Below, piece after piece: positions 16,847-25,565 of a stretch of DNA of 52,599 nucleotides (positions are counted from its first letter, which is position 1; each line of letters opens with the position of its first letter). The notes below the pieces were generated by a model. It was given only the letters and a program-made list of their open reading frames with translations, did no database searches and was not told where the DNA came from. This stretch comes from a virus, in IMG/VR virus record IMGVR_UViG_3300045988_037879, positions 1 through 52,599 of that record; one strand, 5' to 3'. A program made the translations under genes and the position numbers.

Positions 16847-17401
16847 CCGAATCGGCGTTGTTGTTCGGTCGGTTGACATCAATCGAATAGAGTTCATAAA
16901 ATCCCCTAAATTGGACATTGAATTGACCAACACGGCAAGTTGATGAAGCCTTGACGGTTTGATTTGCCGGGCGAAAAGGTCGGTCAGGGTGTTCAACTTC
17001 TCGGTGTCCTCGACCCAATGGGGATAACCGCTTTTGCTCTCGCATTTCAGGCGGTCAACGCCAAGAACGGCGATTGCAACAATGCGGGCGCAACGGATTG
17101 AATGCTTGTGCGCCATCGTGCGGGCGACAACCATTGCATCTTCGGACTTCATCGCCTTTTCGTCGATGTCAAGTTCTATCCATTCGGCGGAAAGGCGGTC
17201 AAGGGTTGAAAGTGTCGGTTCAACGATAGTGAACTTGCGCGTCACCTCGACAAGCCGACGGCGGCGGACAAGACCGAAAAAACGCTTTTCGGTTTCCACC
17301 TGAACGTCCTTGACCTCAAATGACACACCCTTGCGGATAAGGGCATTCAATTCGGCTTTTTCTTTTTCAAGGGATGTTTTATTTGCTTCTTCCATTGTCA
17401 T
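16823..17401 (-). CDS. Tail assembly chaperone (gpG-like)
   Basis: The ORF lies between the major tail protein and the TMP. The start is taken at MTMEEANK (17401); the ORF opens at 17428. Confidence 0.6.
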   Translation of the reverse strand: MTMEEANKTSLEKEKAELNALIRKGVSFEVKDVQVETEKRFFGLVRRRRLVEVTRKFTIVEPTLSTLDRLSAEWIELDIDEKAMKSEDAMVVARTMAHKHSIRCARIVAIAVLGVDRLKCESKSGYPHWVEDTEKLNTLTDLFARQIKPSRLHQLAVLVNSMSNLGDFMNSIRLMSTDRTTTPIRIEENNVV

Positions 17402-17481
17402 GTGCTGATTTAGGGAAAACGCCCCCAAAGGGTGTCAGGCACTCTCCGGGGGCGCATGGGTGATTGACTGCGATTCCCCCG

Positions 17482-18006
17482 TTAGCCTGCGTGGGGAATG
17501 CCGCGTAAAGCCTTGCCGGATGAAACCGCCATCGGCGTAACGGTGAAGTCAACAAGGAAAATTCCGGCGGCGGTAAGGTCGGCATTGATAACCGCTTCGA
17601 TGTCGCCGTTGGGAATCTCAAAGTCAAGACCCTGTTCGGTAAGAACCTTGATTGCCTTGTTTGCGACAACCTCGTTGCCGTCATAGCCCCATTTGGGGGC
17701 GGCATCCGTTCCGACATTTTCACCGCCGACGTAATCAATCAGGTCTTGAATTGATGCGTCCATGATGGAGAATGTCAGCACGGGAATTTTACGCGCCTTG
17801 CGGCGTACTTCGGGGGCGGCTTTGCCTTCCTCGAAATGCTCGGTCACGTCGGATGAATCCTGAGCGATTTTGGCGGTGTCCTTGTAGGTCTTGCCAATCT
17901 TTGCAAGGGTGGTGGGCATGGTTCCCGACGGGGACGCTTCGCCAACCTGAATTTCGCAAAGACCCAACGTGATAAGGTTGGTTTTATTTGTCGTGGTGGT
18001 TGACAT
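17482..18006 (-). CDS. Major tail protein
   Basis: 174-aa ORF immediately upstream of the chaperone pair, called by siphovirus synteny. Confidence 0.65.
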   Translation of the reverse strand: MSTTTTNKTNLITLGLCEIQVGEASPSGTMPTTLAKIGKTYKDTAKIAQDSSDVTEHFEEGKAAPEVRRKARKIPVLTFSIMDASIQDLIDYVGGENVGTDAAPKWGYDGNEVVANKAIKVLTEQGLDFEIPNGDIEAVINADLTAAGIFLVDFTVTPMAVSSGKALRGIPHAG

Positions 18007-18018
18007 AAACTTTTGAAA

Positions 18019-18435
18019 TTAAGTCGTTTGAATATTCCAATCAATCCGAATGTTCATAAAGTGCTGCTTGGTTGTCGGCTCATACATGATGGTTGCCGAT
18101 TTCGGGGTTGCTTTCATCCCCGGCAAGACGGTTTCACGAACAATTTTCAAGACTTCTTGGGTTAACTGATTAAGCCGTATGCGGTTTGCCGACACTTGCA
18201 TTTTGCCGTTGATATTCTTCGACGTGTCGGACACATAGACGTTGATGTTGGACGTGCCGATTTGGGGCAATGCGTCCGCTTCAAGGTCGATTGTGTTAAC
18301 GACAATATCTTCATCGGTCGAATCTTCGGGGCGGGCATCGCCGACGTAAACACCGCCGTTGATGGTCGTTTTCCCGTTGAGCAACTGAAACAAGATGCCG
18401 TCGGTATCGAAAGGGGTTTTCAAGTTGTCTTTCAT
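18019..18435 (-). CDS. Neck / tail terminator-like protein
   Basis: Called by synteny between the head-completion genes and the major tail protein. Confidence 0.45.
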   Translation of the reverse strand: MKDNLKTPFDTDGILFQLLNGKTTINGGVYVGDARPEDSTDEDIVVNTIDLEADALPQIGTSNINVYVSDTSKNINGKMQVSANRIRLNQLTQEVLKIVRETVLPGMKATPKSATIMYEPTTKQHFMNIRIDWNIQTT

Positions 18436-18899
18436 TCCGCTGCTGCTTTAATGTTGCTGATAAGTTTTTCTAACATCCGGGGCAATTCCCGTTGTGCAAG
18501 ATGTTCGGCACTCGATAGCACGTTATATCCTTTCGCTTCGACGTATGCCGCATAATTCATTCCGGCGACCACCACAAGGGCAACGCCCTTTGTGTTCTTG
18601 CCGACCTTTTCCGCAAGGGCTTGACCCGCTTTGATGCCGTTTTGCGCCGCGTTGGATTCCGCGCCGCTTGCCGCGTCAAATTGCGAATGAAGCGCAACGC
18701 CATCAACGAATATCATGTAACCCGTTGAGGACAACAACGCCCCGGTCTGCATCATGTAGCCCTTATTGTTTCGGGCTTCAATCAGGCACATTTCACCCAA
18801 CCGTTGCATTCGCTCGATTTGCTTCTTCTTGACCATCGCCAAGAATGCGTCAAGTCGTTTTTGTACGTCGGCGCGGGTGAATTTGGGTTTTATAGCCAT
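18432..18899 (-). CDS. Head-tail joining protein (HK97 gp10-like position)
   Basis: Start taken at MAIKPKFTRAD (18899). There are 4-nt and 10-nt overlaps with the neighbouring genes. Confidence 0.45.
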   Translation of the reverse strand: MAIKPKFTRADVQKRLDAFLAMVKKKQIERMQRLGEMCLIEARNNKGYMMQTGALLSSTGYMIFVDGVALHSQFDAASGAESNAAQNGIKAGQALAEKVGKNTKGVALVVVAGMNYAAYVEAKGYNVLSSAEHLAQRELPRMLEKLISNIKAAAE

Positions 18900-19225
18900 A
18901 ACCGACAATGAAGTTGTGCGGGGTCGAAGTTCAGGCAAACGCCCTCGATGCGGATGCTTGAACACTCCCGGTCGTTTGCAACTACAACCTTTGCGCCTTT
19001 GGTTACTTCCGGGCAAGACTTCGGGCATTGAATCAGGGATGTGGCTTTGTGATATTCACCGCCCGCAACCTGAAATTCAGACCCGCGCCCGTCAGCTTCT
19101 TCACGGCACATCGAAATGAATTTGCGCGACACTTTCGCTTCCGTCCAATTACCTTTGCCGTCCTGAACCGACGGTTCGGCGACTTCGGCAAATAGATAAT
19201 GCGGATATTGCTTCACCCTTGCCAT
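18890..19225 (-). CDS. Head closure / adaptor protein
   Basis: Start taken at MARVKQYPHY (19225), 1 nt after the upstream stop. Called by synteny. Confidence 0.45.
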   Translation of the reverse strand: MARVKQYPHYLFAEVAEPSVQDGKGNWTEAKVSRKFISMCREEADGRGSEFQVAGGEYHKATSLIQCPKSCPEVTKGAKVVVANDRECSSIRIEGVCLNFDPAQLHCRLWL

Positions 19226-19226
19226 A

Positions 19227-19550
19227 TCACCAAAAGTTTGAACGGTTGCGGATTTTCGGTTTCGCTTCCAACACGTTTTCTTTGCCAAGTTCACGGCAAA
19301 TGGCGTTATACCACAATTTGACCGCTTCGATGTTCCAAGAAATCGAATATCCGCCCTCGGAAACATTCTGCGTCATTGCCGCAAGGACAACCGAAAATCG
19401 GTTGTATGCCGCAAGGTCACATCCGGCGATGTCGGCGGGTGCGTCCGCATCCATCCCGGCTTTAAGTAGAATCACGTCAATGTCATCTTCGGACACGTTC
19501 AGGTTGCCCAAAGCCTTTGACAAATATTCCTTGTTGGTGATTGTTGCCAT
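19227..19550 (-). CDS. Head-tail connector protein
   Basis: 107-aa ORF directly downstream of the capsid gene, called by synteny. Confidence 0.45.
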   Translation of the reverse strand: MATITNKEYLSKALGNLNVSEDDIDVILLKAGMDADAPADIAGCDLAAYNRFSVVLAAMTQNVSEGGYSISWNIEAVKLWYNAICRELGKENVLEAKPKIRNRSNFW

Positions 19551-19611
19551 GTCGAAAATCTTGTGAAAACCGCCGGGGAATCATCCGGGGAATCATCCCC
19601 GACGGTCGATG

Positions 19612-20724
19612 TTAGTTTTTAGTCCACGATGTGGCGTTTGTCTGCATCAGCACGGAACGACCCGAAAGTTTCCATGCGGGGAATGCGTTTGCAATGCCCT
19701 CGGTAACTTCCTTGACGGGTGTTGCATCGTCGGAATACTTCTGCACAAGGGTGTGACCGTGCATGACCTTTTCGGCGACGCTGCCCGGACGCTTCTTTGC
19801 TTCGATGGGCTTCTTCCAAAAGGTTGTGCCAAGCACCTTGCTTTCGGAAAAAAGAATCACATCATCTTCAAAGGGGTTGCCCGTGATGCGTGAACCGTCG
19901 GCAAGTTCAATCGTGATGTCTTGGTCAATCACGATAATCTGCAAGCCTCGGAATGTTTCGGTCTTTTTGGCAAGATAAGCGTTCACCGACTGCAAACTGG
20001 GTGCGTCGTTGGTGTCGGTCAGGTTCTGCACAAGGGTTGCGCAACGCTTGTAAACCTCCTCTTGCGATGCAAGTTTTTCAAAGGTTTCCACGTTCATAAA
20101 CGCAAACTTGTACTTCGCGCCGTAGAGAGTGCGACCAAGTTTCAGGGCTTTGGGGAAATCCTTTGTTAAGGGCTTGCCCGAAGTGCCGGACGCATAGGAC
20201 GTTGTTACGCCGATTTTCTGCTCGGCGGGAATCAGGTAGTCGCAATCATATTCGGTCACGACCGTGGCATTGTTGGAATTGGTGATTTTCAGCTTGCCAC
20301 CGCACGAAATTTGCTTGAGCGCAATCCATTCAAGGCGCGCGGCGACACCATCCCAACAAAACTTGGTGTCCTCTGCCCAAAACTCGACAAGGGCGATAAG
20401 GTCGGCATTGCCGGATGCCATCGCAACCATGATGTCATATTCGGTGAGTTCATCTTCAAGTTTTTCACGCGAAATCGTGATTTTGGGAATATCGCCCTGA
20501 ATACGCGCAATGGCATCACGGGTTTTCTTGGGGATGCTTGAACCCCTTGCCGTCAGGTCGGCGGCAATCTTTAAGCCCGTTTGCGCTTCAAGCACTTTCC
20601 ACGTTAAAGAATTGGTTTCTTTAAGCGGAAACAATGTGGGGTAATAATACTCTTTCAGGTCATAGGTGCGGATTTCCGCTTCCATGTCCTTTTCGGTAAG
20701 CCCCACCATCAGTGTTTTCTGCAT
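19612..20724 (-). CDS. Major capsid protein (gpE-like class)
   Basis: 370-aa ORF following the scaffold and decoration-like genes. The N-terminal pattern resembles the lambda-E-type capsid family, judged from memory and not searched. Confidence 0.7.
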   Translation of the reverse strand: MQKTLMVGLTEKDMEAEIRTYDLKEYYYPTLFPLKETNSLTWKVLEAQTGLKIAADLTARGSSIPKKTRDAIARIQGDIPKITISREKLEDELTEYDIMVAMASGNADLIALVEFWAEDTKFCWDGVAARLEWIALKQISCGGKLKITNSNNATVVTEYDCDYLIPAEQKIGVTTSYASGTSGKPLTKDFPKALKLGRTLYGAKYKFAFMNVETFEKLASQEEVYKRCATLVQNLTDTNDAPSLQSVNAYLAKKTETFRGLQIIVIDQDITIELADGSRITGNPFEDDVILFSESKVLGTTFWKKPIEAKKRPGSVAEKVMHGHTLVQKYSDDATPVKEVTEGIANAFPAWKLSGRSVLMQTNATSWTKN

Positions 20725-20744
20725 ATTGTTGGTGCGTTAAAGGG

Positions 20745-21314
20745 TTAGAAATAAACGATTCCTTTCAGGGCTGTTTTGATTGCGTCGGTGACGGCGGGCG
20801 CGTTTGCTTCACGCACCGTGCCGATAAGCCACGCATCAGTCCAAAGGTTGTCGCCGTCGGGGTCAACGTCATAGTTCGACCCGGCGACGGTCAGGGGGGC
20901 GACTTTAAGGGTGGTGTTCGCTCCGGCGGATTCAAAGGCGACATCACCGACTTTGATTGCCTTGCCAAGCGTCGTGGAAACGGTGATGGTGTCCTTTGCA
21001 GCATCGCTCTTGTCGATGCTTGCAATCACCTGACCATTCGCGCCCTCCGCTGAAAAGCGGTCGCCGACCTTAAAGTGATGCCCTTTGGCGACTTCATAGG
21101 TTGTCGCATCGGCGGCGGCGGCGGTGAGTATCTGCGCGGTCTTAACGACGTTGTAGATGCCATTTGCGCCCTTGCCAAGCGGCGTTCCCTCAAAAAGTGC
21201 CTTGCCGCCAAGTGATGCGGTTTCGACCGTGACACCGCCGGGAATGTCGGCGACACGGGCAACAACACACTTCACCACGCGGTTGTCCTTTTTGCGTTTT
21301 ACCTGCATTGTCAT
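20745..21314 (-). CDS. Capsid decoration / head-associated protein
   Basis: 189-aa Gly/Ala/Val-rich ORF between the scaffold and capsid genes. Confidence 0.4.
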   Translation of the reverse strand: MTMQVKRKKDNRVVKCVVARVADIPGGVTVETASLGGKALFEGTPLGKGANGIYNVVKTAQILTAAAADATTYEVAKGHHFKVGDRFSAEGANGQVIASIDKSDAAKDTITVSTTLGKAIKVGDVAFESAGANTTLKVAPLTVAGSNYDVDPDGDNLWTDAWLIGTVREANAPAVTDAIKTALKGIVYF

Positions 21315-21340
21315 GCTTAAAAGGATTTAGGGGTTTGACA

Positions 21341-22036
21341 TTAGAGTTCTTTGCCCGCAAACTGCTTGTTGGCGGGGTTCTTTGCCGCTACATAGTCGGC
21401 GACGGCTTGGGAAACGCCGGATTCTGCCTTGTTGGAGAATAAGGGCGACCCGCCGGAACGACCCATGTTGGTGTCGGCAAACGATTGATTTGCGGCGGCG
21501 ATGTCGGCGGTCTTGTCGGTCAAGTATTCATCGAAAGAAGAATCATCGTCAAACTTCATTCGGGCAAAGTCTTTAAGGGTTTGAGCCTTGAAAGTTTCGT
21601 CCTTGCAGCTTGCTAATGCTTCGTTCAGACGTTGAAGCCTTGCTTTGTTGACGTTATCGGATTCCATGCTTGCGATTCGGTCGGCATAAGGCTTGACCGC
21701 CGCGTCAACCGCGTTTTTCACGATTTCGGCGATGTTGTCAGCACCACCACCGCCGGGTTCGGTGATGGTTGCCCCGGTCTTTTCCTTGAAGTCGTACTTC
21801 TTGCGCAAATTGGCTTCCGATGTTCTCACACCGTCGGACACTTCCTTGTCCACATCTGCACGGTAGTTCTTAATAAATTCGCTGACTTGCGCATCGGTCA
21901 GTTTCTCAATAAGGGCTTCCGCGTCCTCTTTTGATGCACATTGTAACGCGATTGAGCGTGCCAACTGCATCAATCCATCTTTTCGCGCGCCTGAAAATTT
22001 AGCGGTCAGTAACGCAAGTAATTCTTGGATGTTCAT
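21341..22036 (-). CDS. Scaffolding protein
   Basis: Start taken at MNIQELLALL (22036). It is a helical, charged 231-aa protein upstream of the capsid gene. Confidence 0.6.
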   Translation of the reverse strand: MNIQELLALLTAKFSGARKDGLMQLARSIALQCASKEDAEALIEKLTDAQVSEFIKNYRADVDKEVSDGVRTSEANLRKKYDFKEKTGATITEPGGGGADNIAEIVKNAVDAAVKPYADRIASMESDNVNKARLQRLNEALASCKDETFKAQTLKDFARMKFDDDSSFDEYLTDKTADIAAANQSFADTNMGRSGGSPLFSNKAESGVSQAVADYVAAKNPANKQFAGKEL

Positions 22037-22076
22037 TCGTTGTGATGTTATTGGTTTACAAATCACCGCAAATTTA

Positions 22077-22100
22077 GTGTGTTTTATAGTAATACACACA
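22077..22100. promoter_or_regulatory. Dispersed intergenic palindrome, copy 2
   Basis: GTGTGTTTTATAGTAATACACACA, about 40 nt upstream of the scaffold ATG. Confidence 0.5.
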
Positions 22101-22193
22101 CGGGCGCGGGTTAAGTTACTCCCGACTTATTCACATTTTGCATTGCATCAGCATTAAAATTGCACTGCAAATGCAAAATTTTTCCTTGAAAAG

Positions 22194-22224
22194 TTTGTTA
22201 TTTCCAAAATAACAACTAACTTTG
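22194..22224 (+). promoter_or_regulatory. Bacteroidota-type promoter for the plus-strand accessory block
   Basis: TTTG (22194-22197), a 19-nt spacer, then TAACTTTG (22217-22224). This matches the TTTG-N19-21-TAnnTTTG consensus. Confidence 0.55.
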
Positions 22225-22226
22225 CG

Positions 22227-22245
22227 GTGTCTTACTATAAGACGC
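22227..22245. promoter_or_regulatory. Dispersed intergenic palindrome, copy 3
   Basis: GTGTCTTACTATAAGACGC, just downstream of the TAACTTTG -7 box. Confidence 0.5.
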
Positions 22246-22284
22246 TATGTTTAACCGGGGGCAACCCCACAATCTTTCGCAACA

Positions 22285-22479
22285 ATGAACAATGCCCGTC
22301 GCAAACAAATCGAAAAGTTGACCGCGCAAATCGAAGAAATCAAGGAAACCATCGAATCCTTGCGCGATGAAGAACAAGAAGCATTCGACAATCTGCCCGA
22401 ATCACTGCAAGGCGGTGAAAGGGGCGAAAAGATGGAATCGGCGATTGATGCCCTTGATTATGCCGCCGATGATTTGTAA
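22285..22479 (+). CDS. Small coiled-coil acidic protein (64 aa)
   Basis: ORF with the conserved leader CTTTCGCAACA-ATG. The sequence ...EEQEAFDNLPESLQGGERGEKME... recalls a widespread small phage protein of unknown function. Confidence 0.6.
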   Translation: MNNARRKQIEKLTAQIEEIKETIESLRDEEQEAFDNLPESLQGGERGEKMESAIDALDYAADDL

Positions 22480-22556
22480 GAATGCCTTGACCATCTTTCC
22501 GACGCAACCGAATAAGTCAACCGGGGCGGCACAAGTCGCCCCAATTAAATAACCCC

Positions 22557-22578
22557 GTGTGTCTTATAGTGATACACA
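22557..22578. promoter_or_regulatory. Dispersed intergenic palindrome, copy 4
   Basis: GTGTGTCTTATAGTGATACACA, upstream of 22594. Confidence 0.5.
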
Positions 22579-22593
22579 TAAACTTTCGCAACA

Positions 22594-22953
22594 ATGGAAT
22601 ATTCACTTCGCATCTACAAAAACGAATACGGTGTTCGCCACCTGAACTTCATCCGCAAGAAGTTTGAAGTTTCAGGGGAAACCGAAAAGACCCTTGAAGT
22701 TGTCGGCAAGGAACAAGACCTTGAAATGCTGATGTCGGCAATGTTCTTGACCGATGAACAATTCAAAGCATTGTTCCCCGACTACCAAACCGAAAAGGAA
22801 CGTCAGGAATGGACACGCAAGGAACTTGCCGACCTCAAAGACACCATCGCAAGAACCCTTTGCCGCATCATCAACGACGGCGACATGAACAACCCCTTGT
22901 TCGACAAGTTCCGTTCTTTCTACCTGAACGAATTGACAACTTCTGACAAATAA
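22594..22953 (+). CDS. Hypothetical protein (119 aa)
   Basis: ORF with the same CTTTCGCAACA-ATG leader, preceded by a palindrome copy. Confidence 0.55.
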   Translation: MEYSLRIYKNEYGVRHLNFIRKKFEVSGETEKTLEVVGKEQDLEMLMSAMFLTDEQFKALFPDYQTEKERQEWTRKELADLKDTIARTLCRIINDGDMNNPLFDKFRSFYLNELTTSDK

Positions 22954-22972
22954 TGTCTTACTATAATACACA
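22954..22972. promoter_or_regulatory. Dispersed intergenic palindrome, copy 5
   Basis: TGTCTTACTATAATACACA, 5 nt upstream of the ATG at 22978. Confidence 0.5.
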
Positions 22973-22977
22973 AAACC

Positions 22978-23880
22978 ATGAATAATCGCCTTGCGCGTCT
23001 TGAAGAAGAAGCAATCACATTCATTCGGAATGCCGAAAATCTTGCTTTGCGTATGGATGAACGGGGCTTTCATGTCGCCTTTTCCGGCGGCAAGGATTCA
23101 CAAGTAATGCTTGCGCTTGTCGAAATGGCGGGTGTTAAACACCATGCCGAAATGCAAGTCACAAGCGTTGACCCGCCAAACCTGATGCGCTTTGTCCGCA
23201 AGTATTATCCGCAAGTCAAGTTGAACTTGCCAAAACTGAATATGCGCCAACTTATCATCAAAAAGAAAATATTGCCGACACGGATTGCCCGGTTTTGTTG
23301 CGCGGAACTGAAAGAACACGCCGGGGCGGGTTGCGTTACTTGAATCGGCATCCGTGCGGCGGAATCGACCAAACGCGCCAAACGCCATGCAATCGAAGTT
23401 CAGGGGCAACGCATCGGTTTCGACATCATCAACGACAAGTTGGTTGAATCGACACCGGGCGGGGAACAACTCTTTGACATGGATTCCGAAACAAAGGTCT
23501 ATTGCGTCAACGGCAAAGACAAAGTGACGCTTGCACCGATATTCCATTGGACGGATGCCGACGTTTGGGATTTCATCAAGGAACACAATTTGCCTTATTG
23601 CGACTTATACGACAAGGGATTTCACCGCATTGGCTGTATGTTTTGCCCGATGTCACAACCCGCTACAAAACGCCGCGAAATGGCAATGTTCCCGCTTGTC
23701 GCCGAAAGGGTTTATATTAAGGCAATCCGGGAACTTATGGCAATGGGCAAATATGACCGATTCGATTCCGCCGAACAAGTCTTTGAATGGTGGATTTCGG
23801 GCGAAAGTGTAAACGATTGGTTTGCGGCGCAAGCCCGGAACAACAATCAACCAAATCTTTTTGACCATGCAAGATTATAA
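22978..23880 (+). pseudogene. PAPS reductase-family (PP-loop ATPase) gene interrupted by one in-frame TGA at 23341-23343
   Basis: SGGKDS PP-loop in the 5' part. The frame continues after the TGA as IGIRAAESTKRAKR (GxRxxES motif) into ORF 23440-23880. 22978 and 23440 are in the same frame. Confidence 0.75.
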
Positions 23881-24061
23881 ATTATGTTCTTGTCACACCG
23901 CCACGGGAAATTGTAGCAAGGACGCGCACACCGGGAAAGGCGGCAAGATTGTTGGCATGACACGTTGCCGACTTCACGACAAGACCGCAAAAAATTGTCC
24001 TTACTACATTGAAAGTGACTATTTGCGCGAATATTACACGAAACACCCATCTTGGGATTAA
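23867..24061 (+). CDS. Small Cys/His-rich protein (64 aa)
   Basis: Start taken at MQDYKLCSCH (23867). Confidence 0.4.
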   Translation: MQDYKLCSCHTATGNCSKDAHTGKGGKIVGMTRCRLHDKTAKNCPYYIESDYLREYYTKHPSWD

Positions 24062-24073
24062 ACATAATCAGCA

Positions 24074-24265
24074 ATGAAGAAATCAGACATCGCAACAATC
24101 ATCCTTGTGTGGCTGACCGTGCTTTTGGTCGCCCTGAAACTGACGGTTTGCCCCGGCTTGAATTGGGGTTGGGTCTTTGCGCCGATATGGATTCCGTGCG
24201 CCGTCGGCATTATCGCGTTTTTCGCGGTCGTTACGTTCTTTTCAATCCTTAAACGCAAGAAGTGA
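24074..24265 (+). CDS. Small two-TM membrane protein (63 aa)
   Basis: Two hydrophobic helices and a C-terminal KRKK. Confidence 0.55.
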   Translation: MKKSDIATIILVWLTVLLVALKLTVCPGLNWGWVFAPIWIPCAVGIIAFFAVVTFFSILKRKK

Positions 24266-24603
24266 TGGGAATTGAATTTTCTGCATACATTTCCAACGAA
24301 CATCCGCGTGTTTTAGAATGCGCGATTGGTGGTTTTGTCGCCGAAACCATCAAGGTTGACTTCTCAAACATCAAATGCCCGATATGTGGTGAAACAATGC
24401 GACTTTCGCAACTCGACGATAGCGATTATCGCAATGATGTCGAAGAACGATTGATTGCCCGGCAATACAGTTGCAACGTCTTTTCCGTTCAACGGAAACA
24501 TACATATCGCATTGGTGTTGAATGTCCGCAATGTAGGTCAAAACTTATCGTTGAAGCAACCGACATCGTGGAGTATGGAAAACGAATAAAACAAACAACA
24601 TGA
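24262..24603 (+). CDS. Zinc-ribbon protein (113 aa)
   Basis: CPICG ... CPQC pairs. ATGA-type overlaps on both sides. Confidence 0.5.
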   Translation: MMGIEFSAYISNEHPRVLECAIGGFVAETIKVDFSNIKCPICGETMRLSQLDDSDYRNDVEERLIARQYSCNVFSVQRKHTYRIGVECPQCRSKLIVEATDIVEYGKRIKQTT

Positions 24604-24995
24604 ATGAATTAGCACTTACAATCCCGCAAATGGACGCATTAAAGCGCACGGGGATAGACACGACGGACGCATCAATGCGGTGGGGTCATGTCGCAACAAC
24701 GATTGACAAAACCATCTTCACAATCATTCCGACCGTTGCCGTGTCGGATGAAGTGATGTCGCACACGTCGCCCGCTTACACTTTGGGCGACATCCTGAAC
24801 AAGCTGCCGACAATCATTCCTGAACCCAATCCAATGCCGTTGACCCTGAAACACGGTTTGTCCGGCAAATGGAATGCTTACTACGGGCAAGCATCGCCAT
24901 GTTGCGTCGGCGAAAGCCCGCTTGAAGCGGCGTTTGCGATGCTTTGCTTCGTCGCACAATATTACCCCACCACAATCAAGCAAATCAACAAATAA
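24600..24995 (+). CDS. Hypothetical protein (131 aa)
   Basis: ORF with a coupled start. Confidence 0.5.
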   Translation: MNELALTIPQMDALKRTGIDTTDASMRWGHVATTIDKTIFTIIPTVAVSDEVMSHTSPAYTLGDILNKLPTIIPEPNPMPLTLKHGLSGKWNAYYGQASPCCVGESPLEAAFAMLCFVAQYYPTTIKQINK

Positions 24996-25007
24996 CCCCT
25001 TTTCAAA

Positions 25008-25565
25008 ATGGAATCAACAATCAAAAGCCTTTCGGAACGATTCAACCTTTCGGTTGAGTTCCTGACCGAATTACACGAAAAAATCGTGGACAAAGAAAAC
25101 TTCACCCGTGCCGTGCGGATGTTCATGGACGGGTTGATGCCTTACGACATCGCAACCGGGAAAGAACCCATCAATGTTGCGGAATTGCGCCACAAGGTCG
25201 CCGCCGACATCGTGGCATTCCGCAAGGACAAGACGGCGAAAATCCGTGCCGCCCTTGAACAACAAAGACGCATCCAAGAATATTATTCCGGGTGCAAGTC
25301 TATAAGATACCCCAAGAAGCCCAAAGGCGGCGTTTCTGACGTTGCTTTCATCAAGGATGGACACTTGGTTGCCCTCGCACATTTTGAGCCGTCAGCGGGC
25401 GGAATTTACGCCGCCGACAATGAAGTGATGCCGGGGTGGAATTGGCGACCCCATGAATATCTTGCCCGACTTCGTAAGCTGAACAAAGCCTTTTACCGGG
25501 AAATCAAAAAAGCGGCTGTCAATTCACCCCGCGAATGGTTCAACTTCAACGCCACGACAAAATGA
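25008..25565 (+). CDS. Hypothetical protein (185 aa)
   Basis: Long ORF in the block. Confidence 0.5.
   Translation: MESTIKSLSERFNLSVEFLTELHEKIVDKENFTRAVRMFMDGLMPYDIATGKEPINVAELRHKVAADIVAFRKDKTAKIRAALEQQRRIQEYYSGCKSIRYPKKPKGGVSDVAFIKDGHLVALAHFEPSAGGIYAADNEVMPGWNWRPHEYLARLRKLNKAFYREIKKAAVNSPREWFNFNATTK

Noticed and set aside
22557-22578. The CACTATAA core of the dispersed palindrome as a T7-like single-subunit RNAP promoter
   Set aside because: No phage RNA polymerase gene is present. The motif is symmetric and occurs in both orientations relative to genes.
23341-23343. Genome-wide TGA stop-codon recoding, as in some gut phages
   Set aside because: All other genes are intact in standard code. 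TGA serves as a genuine terminator elsewhere, for example the endolysin stop in the ATGA overlap at 921-924 and 25563-25565. At most this is a single local event.
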